Notes: generated by a model from the sequence alone, not told the origin. DNA of 64,000 bases from an uncultured virus (IMG/VR IMGVR_UViG_3300006738_005066) (IMGVR_UViG_3300006738_005066); one strand, 5' to 3'. Positions 28,445 to 37,385 are shown, numbered from the stretch's first letter. Made by a program: numbers and translations.

Positions 28445-29404
28445 ATGGATTATTACGACAATAAATCCATAACTATCGAGGTCACCAATAAGTGTTCAGC
28501 TGCTTGTATTATGTGCCCTCGCGAAAAAATGATTCAAGATCTTGAGAGCATGACTTTTGAAGTGTGGAAGAAATTGATAGACGACTGTCACTCTCTGGGT
28601 ATCGAACTTCTAGATTTATGTGGTTATGGGGACGTTTTTTTGGACAAAGGGTTGTTCGAGAAAATAGAATATGCCAAAAAAGTCAACCCGGCTTTTAAGA
28701 TTTACATTAGTACAACCGGTATCGCCATGAATAAGAAAAAGTGGCAACAAATTTTGGATACTGTAGACATCCTTAAATTTAGTATTTACGGCATGTCCAA
28801 AGAGGTTTACGAAGAGGTAATGCATAATGTCAGGTATGAAAGCGCTTATCGTAACATTCTGGGGTTTTTGGAACTTAATAAGGAAGCGGGCGATAAGGTT
28901 TATACAATTGGAAATTACATCGTGATGGAAGAAAATAAGGATGAATTTAAGGAATGGGTTGAGTTTTGGGAGCCAAAGCTTTCTGAGGTTTACGCTTGGA
29001 AGCCTCACAACTATGTCGACGGCCGTCAATACCGAGACATCAGCGGACAAGAACAGAAGACTTGCGGCCGACCTTTAGAGGGCCCGCTTAATATAGCGGT
29101 GACTGGCGAAGCTCACGTGTGTTGTTTCGATTATAATAAGCTGCTTACTGTGGGGTCTATTGTTGATAAAAGTATCTCTGAATTAATGAATGGTGATCGC
29201 ATGAAAGAAATCCAAGAAAAACATAAAAATAATGACTTTCAGGGATTAATTTGTGAGATGTGCGATCAAACTGTCAAAGATGATTCAGTTCTTTTGTATC
29301 ATACCAATCCCGATCGAGTTGTGGGACAAAATAACGCTTCGATGTGGGTCTTTAACGAAGGAGAAGAAAAAGATACAAATAATCGTTTAAAAGTGTTAAA
29401 CTAA
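28445..29404 (+). CDS. radical SAM protein with SPASM/twitch domain
   Basis: CSAACIMC (CxxxCxxC); C-terminal CGRP...CCFD...CEMC. Confidence 0.9.
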   Translation: MDYYDNKSITIEVTNKCSAACIMCPREKMIQDLESMTFEVWKKLIDDCHSLGIELLDLCGYGDVFLDKGLFEKIEYAKKVNPAFKIYISTTGIAMNKKKWQQILDTVDILKFSIYGMSKEVYEEVMHNVRYESAYRNILGFLELNKEAGDKVYTIGNYIVMEENKDEFKEWVEFWEPKLSEVYAWKPHNYVDGRQYRDISGQEQKTCGRPLEGPLNIAVTGEAHVCCFDYNKLLTVGSIVDKSISELMNGDRMKEIQEKHKNNDFQGLICEMCDQTVKDDSVLLYHTNPDRVVGQNNASMWVFNEGEEKDTNNRLKVLN

Positions 29405-29408
29405 TCAA

Positions 29409-29729
29409 GTGATAATTTATGTTGACATTGATGAGACGATTTGTGAGACGCCCCCTTCACGGGACTATTCTCAAGCGACTCCTAAGACCGAAAGGATTAA
29501 AATTATAAACAATCTATACAACGAGGGTAATACAATAGTTTATTGGACGTCCCGCGGTGCACAGACCGGCGTTGACTGGCGCGACACTACTGAGTCACAG
29601 CTTATGGAATGGAATGCATCCTATCATGAGCTAATCTTAATGAAGCCTCACTACGATTTGTTTATAGATGATAAGAGCATCAACTCTGATGCTTTTTTTG
29701 CAGAGAAATGTATAAAGAATAATGAGTAA
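29409..29729 (+). CDS. small HAD-family phosphatase
   Basis: YVDIDETIC (DxD), WTSR, KP.YDLFIDDK. Confidence 0.8.
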   Translation: MIIYVDIDETICETPPSRDYSQATPKTERIKIINNLYNEGNTIVYWTSRGAQTGVDWRDTTESQLMEWNASYHELILMKPHYDLFIDDKSINSDAFFAEKCIKNNE

Positions 29730-30438
29730 AAAAGTTAACTACACGTCGTGGCCTTTGGGCCGTATTCCTTCCAACTGGCACCGGCCGGAACTTGATCAAT
29801 TGAAAGAGGCCGGGTATGACTGGGAAGACCCCAGGGATGCAGTCGACTTGTTTGAGAAGAAGGTGGCCGAATTCGCCGGGGCAAAGTATGGCGTGGCAAT
29901 CGATTGTTGCTCCAATGGTTTGTTTCTTGCGCTTAAATGCGTGGATGCTAGCGGAATAGTATCGGTCCCATCTCAAACTTACGTATCAGTGCCTATGCAA
30001 GTAATCCATGCGGGATGTAAAGTGAAGTTCGTGGATTTGGAATGGAGCGGTGTATACCAACTAGATCCATTTCCAGTGTACGATGGCGCAACTCGCTTTA
30101 CGCGAGGAATGTTTGTTGGCGGAGACGCCCTGCAGGTAGTATCGTTTCAGATTAAGAAGCGTCTTCCGATCGGTCGTGGGGGTATGATTTTAACTAACAG
30201 CGAAAGCGCCTATACGTGGCTTAAGAAGGCGTCTTATGATGGCAGAGATCTAGAGAAATATTATCCCGAAGATGACTTTGAGATTTTAGGGTGGCACATG
30301 TACATGACACCAGAAGATGCAGCACGCGGAATCCTTCTGATGGACCAGCTTCCCGATGTAAATGAAGATTCCGGCGGCCACGAAAACTATTCAGATTTGT
30401 CGAACAAGTCTGTTTTTAAACCACATTTGGGAGAGTAA
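29722..30438 (+). CDS. DegT/DnrJ/EryC1/StrS PLP aminotransferase, short form
   Basis: FEKKVAEFAG, TYVSV, SFQIKK (PLP lysine), GRGGMILT. Confidence 0.8.
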   Translation: MSKKVNYTSWPLGRIPSNWHRPELDQLKEAGYDWEDPRDAVDLFEKKVAEFAGAKYGVAIDCCSNGLFLALKCVDASGIVSVPSQTYVSVPMQVIHAGCKVKFVDLEWSGVYQLDPFPVYDGATRFTRGMFVGGDALQVVSFQIKKRLPIGRGGMILTNSESAYTWLKKASYDGRDLEKYYPEDDFEILGWHMYMTPEDAARGILLMDQLPDVNEDSGGHENYSDLSNKSVFKPHLGE

Positions 30439-30448
30439 AGGAGCAATA

Positions 30449-31417
30449 ATGGCAAAGAAAGCACTTATCACCGGCATCGCCGGGCAGGATGGAAGTTATT
30501 TAACAGAATTTCTATTAGGATTAGGATATGAAGTATACGGAATTGTGCGTAGGAGCTCAGTTTCAGAAAATCAAGATAGTCGTTTACGACACATTCGTCA
30601 TAAGATCACGACCTTTTATGGCGACTTATTGGATTATCCGTCTTTAGTAAGGATAATTTCGGAAGTACAGCCGGACGAAGTATACAACCTGGGCGCTATG
30701 AGCCACGTCCGTGTTAGCTTCGACATGCCCTCGTTTACTATTCAGACGAACGCTATAGGTGTTCTAAACATGCTAGAAATTTGTCGCACCATAGTGCCTG
30801 ATGCTAAGTTCTATCAAGCTAGCTCCTCAGAGATGTTCGGCAACTCGGTCGATGATGATGGATCACAGCGTCTTTCGACGCCGATGAATCCTGTAAGCCC
30901 TTACGGCTGTGCAAAGGTGATGGGCTATAACTTGGTTAGGCACTATAGAAATGCTTATAAGATGCACGCGTGCAACGGGATCCTTTTCAATCACGAGTCT
31001 CCTAGACGTGGCTCTAACTTCGTTACTAACAAGGTGGTCAAGACGGCTGTCCAGATTAAGAAAGGCCAAGTCGATAAACTAGAGCTAGGAAACTTAGACT
31101 CCCAGCGCGATTGGGGCCACTCGAAGGATTATGTTCGCGCTATGCACATGATTTTGAATCACGACACGCCTGATGAATTTATTGTGGCCACCGGTCGCAC
31201 GCATTCTGTGCGCGATTTGTGCGAACATGTTTTTAATCGATTAGAGATGGATTATAAAGATTATGTGGTTCAGAATCCTAAATACATGCGTCCCGAAGAG
31301 TTGCGATATTTGAAGGGAGATTCTTCAAAGATTCGTAAAGTTTTGAAATGGGAGCCCGAGTATACATTTGAATCAATGATGGATGAAATGGTCGACTACT
31401 GGATGGAAGAATTATAG
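30449..31417 (+). CDS. gmd: GDP-mannose 4,6-dehydratase
   Basis: ALITGIAGQDGSYL, YQASSSEMFG, SPYGCAK, GILFNHESPRRG, RDWGH. Confidence 0.95.
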   Translation: MAKKALITGIAGQDGSYLTEFLLGLGYEVYGIVRRSSVSENQDSRLRHIRHKITTFYGDLLDYPSLVRIISEVQPDEVYNLGAMSHVRVSFDMPSFTIQTNAIGVLNMLEICRTIVPDAKFYQASSSEMFGNSVDDDGSQRLSTPMNPVSPYGCAKVMGYNLVRHYRNAYKMHACNGILFNHESPRRGSNFVTNKVVKTAVQIKKGQVDKLELGNLDSQRDWGHSKDYVRAMHMILNHDTPDEFIVATGRTHSVRDLCEHVFNRLEMDYKDYVVQNPKYMRPEELRYLKGDSSKIRKVLKWEPEYTFESMMDEMVDYWMEEL

Positions 31418-31421
31418 TTGG

Positions 31422-32231
31422 ATGTTGACGTGCGATGTGATAGGCAACGGCCCGGCAAACCCGGGCCTTGGAAATCAGATGTGTGTTATAGCAGCCACCC
31501 TGTCGCTAGCGATCGACAATGATGTGGAGGCGGTATTTCCAGATCTCGCTTTTCCGCCCTATGTCTTTTATGGAAATACTATTTTTTCAAACCTGAAGAC
31601 GGGGGGCAGCAAGTCCTTTGTTGAGTGTGTCCATCAAGAGACTCCGTTTACGAGCACGATTTATAATGAGATTCCGTTTCGAGACAACATGTGCCTAAGG
31701 GGCCACTACCAATCCTACAAGTATTTCTATCATAATCTTAAAAAAATTAGGGATGCGTTTAGAATACCGGCGGAGCTAACGGAGGTTGCTCGAAATAAGT
31801 ATGCAGATGTATTGAGTTTGGATAACACTGTCGCCGTGCATGTGCGCCGCGGCGATTATATGAATCTCCAATCTAATTATGCCACTCTTACTGCCGACTA
31901 TTATCGCCGCGCCTTAGATGAAATTGGGGAGGACTCTAAGGTTGTACTTTTTAGTGATGACATAGAGTGGTGCGAGAGCACCCTGGCGCCTCTTCTAGAA
32001 GAAAATGTTGTGTTGGTGCGAGGCGAAATGGACATCATTGATTTATTTTTAATGAGCAGAATGAAACATAATGTAATTGCAAATTCAACCTTTTCTTGGT
32101 GGGGCGCACTCTTAAACGAAAACCCAAACAAAAAAGTGGTTTGCCCTCTGGAGTGGTTCGGACCGGCCCGCACACAAGATAATGCCCGCGAAACAGCCGA
32201 TTTAATGCCCCCCACATGGACGAGGATCTAA
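31422..32231 (+). CDS. GT11 alpha-1,2-fucosyltransferase-like
   Basis: GLGNQ, GHYQSYKYF, HVRRGDY, FSDD, IANSTFSWWGA. Confidence 0.9.
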   Translation: MLTCDVIGNGPANPGLGNQMCVIAATLSLAIDNDVEAVFPDLAFPPYVFYGNTIFSNLKTGGSKSFVECVHQETPFTSTIYNEIPFRDNMCLRGHYQSYKYFYHNLKKIRDAFRIPAELTEVARNKYADVLSLDNTVAVHVRRGDYMNLQSNYATLTADYYRRALDEIGEDSKVVLFSDDIEWCESTLAPLLEENVVLVRGEMDIIDLFLMSRMKHNVIANSTFSWWGALLNENPNKKVVCPLEWFGPARTQDNARETADLMPPTWTRI

Positions 32232-32232
32232 G

Positions 32233-33150
32233 ATGGGGACCACACTGGTTACTGGAGGCACTGGTATGGTTGGAACGGCGTTACAGGCCGTTCTGGCTGA
32301 TGCTGTTTATGTGTCTTCTCGGGATGCGGATTTGCGCTGTCCCTATCAAACGGAAGAGCTTTATTCTCGTTTTAATCCTTCTCGGGTAATTCACTTGGCA
32401 GCCCGCGTCGGCGGCGTAAAGGCCAACATGGAGAATTTGGGGTCGTTTTATTGCGATAACATACTGATTAATACCAACGTTCTAGAGGGCGCCCGCATCG
32501 CGAAAGTGGAAAAGGTTTTGTCTTTGTTGAGTACATGCGTGTACCCGCGCGAGGCACCCTACCCTCTCAGAGAAGAATCGATGCATATAGGGCCACCCCA
32601 CCAGTCTAATTACGGGTACGCGTACGCCAAAAGGATGCTGGACGTCCAGTCTCGCGCCTATCGAGCACAATACGATTGCAACTTTATCACTGTTATACCC
32701 AACAATTTGTTCGGTGAAAATGATTATTTCGACTTAGATAATTCTCACGTCATTCCTGCCATGATCAGAAAAATTTATGAAGCCAGACAAAACGATACTA
32801 ATGCGGTGTTGTGGGGCGATGGCCAGGTTTATAGAGAATTTACCTATGCATTGGATCTTGCGACCATACTGGTACAGTTATTGAATGAGTACGATGGGGC
32901 GGAACCTCTTAACGTGGGAAATACACAAGAACACCTAATTAAAGATGTGGCCGAAAAAATCGCAGAGATTTTTGATTTCACTAATGAAATAGTGTGGGAC
33001 ACCTCAATGCCTAAGGGTCAAGTGAAAAAGCCCTCCGATGGAGAGAGACTTAAATCTTTTAGTTCAATAAGTTATACTTCTTTTGAAGAAGGCTTGTCTA
33101 ATACTTGTAAATGGTTTGAAGACAATTATAGCGTTTTGAGAGGCAAATAG
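32233..33150 (+). CDS. fcl: GDP-L-fucose synthase
   Basis: GGTGMVG, HLAARVGG, STCVYP, YAYAKR, SHVIPAMIRK, WGDG..REF. Confidence 0.92.
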   Translation: MGTTLVTGGTGMVGTALQAVLADAVYVSSRDADLRCPYQTEELYSRFNPSRVIHLAARVGGVKANMENLGSFYCDNILINTNVLEGARIAKVEKVLSLLSTCVYPREAPYPLREESMHIGPPHQSNYGYAYAKRMLDVQSRAYRAQYDCNFITVIPNNLFGENDYFDLDNSHVIPAMIRKIYEARQNDTNAVLWGDGQVYREFTYALDLATILVQLLNEYDGAEPLNVGNTQEHLIKDVAEKIAEIFDFTNEIVWDTSMPKGQVKKPSDGERLKSFSSISYTSFEEGLSNTCKWFEDNYSVLRGK

Positions 33151-33151
33151 C

Positions 33152-34009
33152 ATGCGAAAAGTTTTAGTAACTGGTGGGCTTGGGTTTATTGGGTCGAATT
33201 TGGTCGATTTAGTAATGAGCACTGGCGATCATGAGGTGACAGTAATAGACAACCTGATCTCAGACTCTAGTAGTGAAAACTATCGTCGACCAGATGTTAC
33301 CTATTGGATTGAAGACATCCGCACCATCAATGAGAAAAGAGGCGGCGAAAAATTTGATGTCGTTTTTCATTTGGCAGCCTTAGCCAGGATCCAGCCCAGC
33401 TTTAAAAAGCCTCTTGAGACGATAAGTATTGACTCATACGGCACTGCTGAGGTCTGCGAGTTTGCCCGGCAATCCGGCGCAAAAGTCGTTTATGCCGGCT
33501 CAAGTTCATTTTACGGGGGCCCTTATTTAAATCCTTATGCATTTGCTAAGTGGCACGGAGAAGAAATCTGTCAGCTATATGCAAAGTGTTTTGGGGTATC
33601 TACGGCGATCGCTCGTTTCTTCAATGTATACGGCCCGCGACAGCCTGAAATGGGGGATTATGCCACGGTTGTGGGCATTTTTGAAAAGAAGCATCGAGAG
33701 AACGAACCTTTGAGTATCACAGGCGATGGAGAGCAGAGACGAGACTTTACACACGTAGGGGACATTTGCGCTGGCTTGCTGGCTATTTCTAAGCATGAGT
33801 TTGTCGGGGACGTCTTTAATTTAGGAACCGGCACAAACCACTCAATCAATGAACTCGCTGCCATGTTCGGTGGCACTGCGGAATACATCCCCGGGCGCCC
33901 GGGCGAAGCACGCAACACTTTGGCTGACATTTCTAAAACGACGGAGATGACGACATGGACGCCGCAAGTTAAATTAGAAGAATACATATTAAATTTTATA
34001 GGAGGATAA
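33152..34009 (+). CDS. NAD-dependent nucleotide-sugar epimerase/dehydratase
   Basis: GGLGFIG, PYAFAK, RFFNVYGPRQ, GDGEQRRDF. Confidence 0.88.
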   Translation: MRKVLVTGGLGFIGSNLVDLVMSTGDHEVTVIDNLISDSSSENYRRPDVTYWIEDIRTINEKRGGEKFDVVFHLAALARIQPSFKKPLETISIDSYGTAEVCEFARQSGAKVVYAGSSSFYGGPYLNPYAFAKWHGEEICQLYAKCFGVSTAIARFFNVYGPRQPEMGDYATVVGIFEKKHRENEPLSITGDGEQRRDFTHVGDICAGLLAISKHEFVGDVFNLGTGTNHSINELAAMFGGTAEYIPGRPGEARNTLADISKTTEMTTWTPQVKLEEYILNFIGG

Positions 34010-34010
34010 G

Positions 34011-34232
34011 ATGAAATTATCAAATCAGGCCATCGGAGCATTAATGATGGCATTACAAAAATCACTGATGGAACAAACCGACATTGTTCCATTGTTAAGC
34101 GGGATGGACTTTGAAAAGGCACCCGGAACTAAGCGATGGGGAGGAAAAGCGTCCGAACTTGTGGTAGCTAACCCGCCCGTCGTCTCTCTGGAGGGCGTAA
34201 CGATGGCCTTTCCGGAAGAAGAAGAAGAATAA
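34011..34232 (+). CDS. hypothetical protein
   Basis: SD AGGAGG; 73 aa. Confidence 0.7.
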   Translation: MKLSNQAIGALMMALQKSLMEQTDIVPLLSGMDFEKAPGTKRWGGKASELVVANPPVVSLEGVTMAFPEEEEE

Positions 34233-34249
34233 GAAAGGAGAATCAACAC

Positions 34250-34423
34250 ATGGCACCAACTAAAAAGACTACTCCCACCCCTCTTACCGAAATAGAAGTT
34301 AGAGAGATGGTGGAGAACTTGCTTCGCAACGCGCTCAGCGAACAAGCAAGAGACTTGGAAAAACACCTTAACGACATTCATAAGCGTTTAGTCAAGGTGG
34401 AATCTCAGCCACGTCGTGGCTAG
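34250..34423 (+). CDS. small hypothetical protein (57 aa, not in the ORF track)
   Basis: SD AAGGAG at 34235; MAPTKKTTPTPLTEIEVREMVENLLRNALSEQARDLEKHLNDIHKRLVKVESQPRRG*; fills the gap and overlaps the next start. Confidence 0.7.
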   Translation: MAPTKKTTPTPLTEIEVREMVENLLRNALSEQARDLEKHLNDIHKRLVKVESQPRRG

Positions 34424-34667
34424 ATACGTCTATCATTGCGATAAGTGCGAAAAAACTTTAGTTATCTCGCACTTATCCGACGAAACTCAAACTCAATGTC
34501 CCGAGTGCTCCTCCGCAGAGGGCTTTAAGAAGGTTTTAACATCCTTCAGCACCTCTACGGGCGCTAAGGCTCGAAAACAAAAAGTAGGGCAAATCACCGA
34601 AGAATTTATTGAAAATTCCCGGGAAGAATTGAGGCAACAACGAAAAGATTTGGATAAAGCTCGATGA
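34416..34667 (+). CDS. FmdB-family zinc-ribbon protein
   Basis: M.RYVYHCDKC...CPEC. Confidence 0.75.
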   Translation: MARYVYHCDKCEKTLVISHLSDETQTQCPECSSAEGFKKVLTSFSTSTGAKARKQKVGQITEEFIENSREELRQQRKDLDKAR

Positions 34668-34993
34668 TGTTAATTACATCCTTATGCGTATCACTATTAT
34701 TAAATGTTTTGCTGATGTGGTACATCGCAAAATTATTGAAAAAGTTTCTTTTTATTTCGGAGAACTTATCAGATCTGTACTTAACGACCAAGGCCTTTCA
34801 GGTATTTGTCAAAGCTTTATACAGTATGGATAATTATAGTGGTGAGCCGATGGTTGAAGAGTTGATTTTACGCATTCGTGATGTAACCGCGGAGATGGAG
34901 AGATTTAGGGAAATTTTTGAATTTACGCTGGATGAAGAAATAGAGGAAGAATTAAATGCCGCCGAAGAAGAGGAAGCGCCGCAGCCGCTCTAA
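34664..34993 (+). CDS. membrane-anchored hypothetical protein
   Basis: N-terminal hydrophobic helix; acidic tail. Confidence 0.65.
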   Translation: MMLITSLCVSLLLNVLLMWYIAKLLKKFLFISENLSDLYLTTKAFQVFVKALYSMDNYSGEPMVEELILRIRDVTAEMERFREIFEFTLDEEIEEELNAAEEEEAPQPL

Positions 34994-35657
34994 AAATCAT
35001 CATTTTACGCAAGTGCATGAAGATGCCATCGTAAAATATGCCAACTCTAACGATTTAGAGTTAAGAACACAGTTGTATGTTGAATACATTCAGCCTGCTT
35101 TTGATCAGATGGTGGATAAGATAATCTATACTTATCGATTCACGTCGCTTCCAAACATTAATTATCTTAAAGAAGATTGCAAGGTCTGGCTTACTACCAT
35201 CTTAAATAAGTATGATCCCAACAAGGGTTCAAAAGCTTTTTCATATTTTAGCGTTGTTACTAAAAATTGGTTTATTCATAAAGTTAAAAGAACCCAAAAG
35301 AGGAACCAAACAGAAGTTTTTATGGAGGACGTTCTCAACGAGCTGGATGAAGATCTGGTGTCAGAAGAACCGACCTATGAAGCGGTACGCTGCGAGATGG
35401 AGTTTTGGTCTTCGTTGAACAATGAAATAGATACCTGGAGCTCTTTTATGCTCAAGGAAAATGAAAAGAAGGTATTAATGGCAGTCCGAATTTTGTTAGA
35501 CTCTGCCGATACTATAGAAATTTTCAACAAAAAAGCTATTTATTTATACCTGCGGGAGATTACAGGACTCAACACTAAACAAGTGGTGAATAACTTAAAT
35601 AAGTTGAGAAAAAGGTATAAGGTATTTAAAGACAAATGGGAAAGCGGCGAAATCTAA
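34956..35657 (+). CDS. phage RNA polymerase sigma factor, gp55-like (late)
   Basis: Region-2-like KYDPNKGSKAFSYFSVVTKNWF; C-terminal HTH-like LREITGLNTKQV; directly precedes the structural genes. Confidence 0.7.
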   Translation: MPPKKRKRRSRSKNHHFTQVHEDAIVKYANSNDLELRTQLYVEYIQPAFDQMVDKIIYTYRFTSLPNINYLKEDCKVWLTTILNKYDPNKGSKAFSYFSVVTKNWFIHKVKRTQKRNQTEVFMEDVLNELDEDLVSEEPTYEAVRCEMEFWSSLNNEIDTWSSFMLKENEKKVLMAVRILLDSADTIEIFNKKAIYLYLREITGLNTKQVVNNLNKLRKRYKVFKDKWESGEI

Positions 35658-35947
35658 ATTTAGACGACTACATCGAAGAAACCACTACCAACATTCGCGA
35701 AGATCGCGCTATGGCAAAATCTTTATTGATGGACGCCGTAAATGACATGAAGGTATCTGATTCGGCTCGCAAGGAGTTAGGCCCCATAGCCGCCAAATAC
35801 GTCGAAAATTTGCAGCGATCGAACGAGCAGATGGTAAAATTGGCGAATCTTCTGCAAAAACAAAACGTTCAACAATTTGGATTGTCAGCTCAAGACAAGG
35901 AAGAGTTGTTCGATCTTCTGAATGAAGGACAATCAGAAGATGAATGA
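35636..35947 (+). CDS. hypothetical helical protein
   Basis: 103-aa ORF overlapping both neighbours. Confidence 0.65.
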   Translation: MGKRRNLNLDDYIEETTTNIREDRAMAKSLLMDAVNDMKVSDSARKELGPIAAKYVENLQRSNEQMVKLANLLQKQNVQQFGLSAQDKEELFDLLNEGQSEDE

Positions 35948-37367
35948 CAAAATGGACTCTTCCGCATTTACTCTTACAGACTTGTCGTACGGGGTCCTTA
36001 ATAACTTTCAAGAATCGGGGGTGCATAACTCAGCTTCTCGCCGCCGTAGTAGCGGCCAGGATTATGTAAACAGCGCTCTGGCTGCAGCTTATGCCAAAGA
36101 TGCATTAACCTCAGTTAACGCATTATACGGAATTGTGGTGCAAGTGCTTAATGAAACCACGACCTACGTTGGGGGAGGGTCTCGTGAAAGTTTTCTAAAG
36201 CAGGCCGAGTATAACAAGACCAGCGAGGAGTCGACTAATCGCTATGAGGGGTATAGCCTCTATTATAAAGTTTACATTCCTGAAATCGAGCCTAGACCGA
36301 TCCCGCGCTCTACCCATGACCCAATACTGTATACTTACCAGCGCGTTAACATTTTAGATTCTGTTTCATCAGAACATGCCGGCGGCTTGCCGATTGGTGC
36401 TATTGTAAAGGTGGAATATGGTGACTTTCAAAACTTATTGGATCCAACGATTGTTAGCGTAGAAGGAAGCATTCCGCCATCTTTTATGGCGGTACAAGAC
36501 CCTTGTGCTGGAGGCACTCTCGAAGGCCAATTCGGTAAGGGGATACCAGGAACGCCTGCCGTGAATAGGGCAGTTGATAATTATGTTTATCAACTTAAAG
36601 GAGAGCGCCTGGGGGGTAGCGCGCTGCCCACATTGGAGCCAGGGGATCTAGTTGTTGGTGAGGATCTCAATAAGCAAACTTTTAAGGACGCTGTTGAAAA
36701 GGAATTAAATTATTGGGGCTCCCCTCCTCACAAAAGATTCGCTCCTGCCGGATATACAAAGACCTATAAGGTGGAGTCTCTTGACTCGGTTCAGTCGCGA
36801 CTTGGAGATTATTATAGAAACGTCGGAATTACTCCCGATGCTAATAAACCAGGCTCGCCCGCTTGGTCGGCTGCCTTTGTTTCATATGTAATTGGAAAAG
36901 TAGACTCTTCATTTCCCAAGGCTGGTGCTCATACTCTTTACGCCAAAGGAGCCAAAGAAGGGAAGGGCAACTGGTCCTTATGGATGACTACAACCATACC
37001 TGCTCATGGAGATAAATCGCTTCGCTCGAATGCGCAAATCAAAGCTAATGTTGGCGACGTTCTTATTAAGCCCCCTACAGGCGCACGCTTGGTAGGGCCA
37101 AAAGCTAAGGAGATATATTCTCACGGAGATGTGGTCTATAAGATTGAAAATAAAACGGCGTACCTAGCCGGAGGAAACCTAGGCAATACTGCAAAGGTTG
37201 CTGAGACAATAAAACTAGATGCAGCCGGTAACTATCTTGGCTTCGGCGCTTATGAGTTGATCGTCAAGAAAGCCGGCAAAGTAATTCTAGCAAATCAGGC
37301 AGTAACCGCAACCGATCCGGACCCCGACGACAGCTCTGGATCCTCAGCTACAGATTCCCCTGGATAA
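35940..37367 (+). CDS. putative baseplate hub protein with DUF2272/CHAP-like domain
   Basis: PAWSAAFVSYV...GDVL...HGDVV...GGN; N-terminal beta-rich region; first gene of the baseplate module. Confidence 0.55.
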   Translation: MNDKMDSSAFTLTDLSYGVLNNFQESGVHNSASRRRSSGQDYVNSALAAAYAKDALTSVNALYGIVVQVLNETTTYVGGGSRESFLKQAEYNKTSEESTNRYEGYSLYYKVYIPEIEPRPIPRSTHDPILYTYQRVNILDSVSSEHAGGLPIGAIVKVEYGDFQNLLDPTIVSVEGSIPPSFMAVQDPCAGGTLEGQFGKGIPGTPAVNRAVDNYVYQLKGERLGGSALPTLEPGDLVVGEDLNKQTFKDAVEKELNYWGSPPHKRFAPAGYTKTYKVESLDSVQSRLGDYYRNVGITPDANKPGSPAWSAAFVSYVIGKVDSSFPKAGAHTLYAKGAKEGKGNWSLWMTTTIPAHGDKSLRSNAQIKANVGDVLIKPPTGARLVGPKAKEIYSHGDVVYKIENKTAYLAGGNLGNTAKVAETIKLDAAGNYLGFGAYELIVKKAGKVILANQAVTATDPDPDDSSGSSATDSPG

Positions 37368-37385
37368 AGAAAGGAGCAAAATAAA

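Noticed and set aside
11527..34009. Ordinary bacterial O-antigen or capsule locus
   Set aside because: No wzx, wzy, wzz, kps or initiating transferase, and the locus is continuous with phage sigma and baseplate genes.
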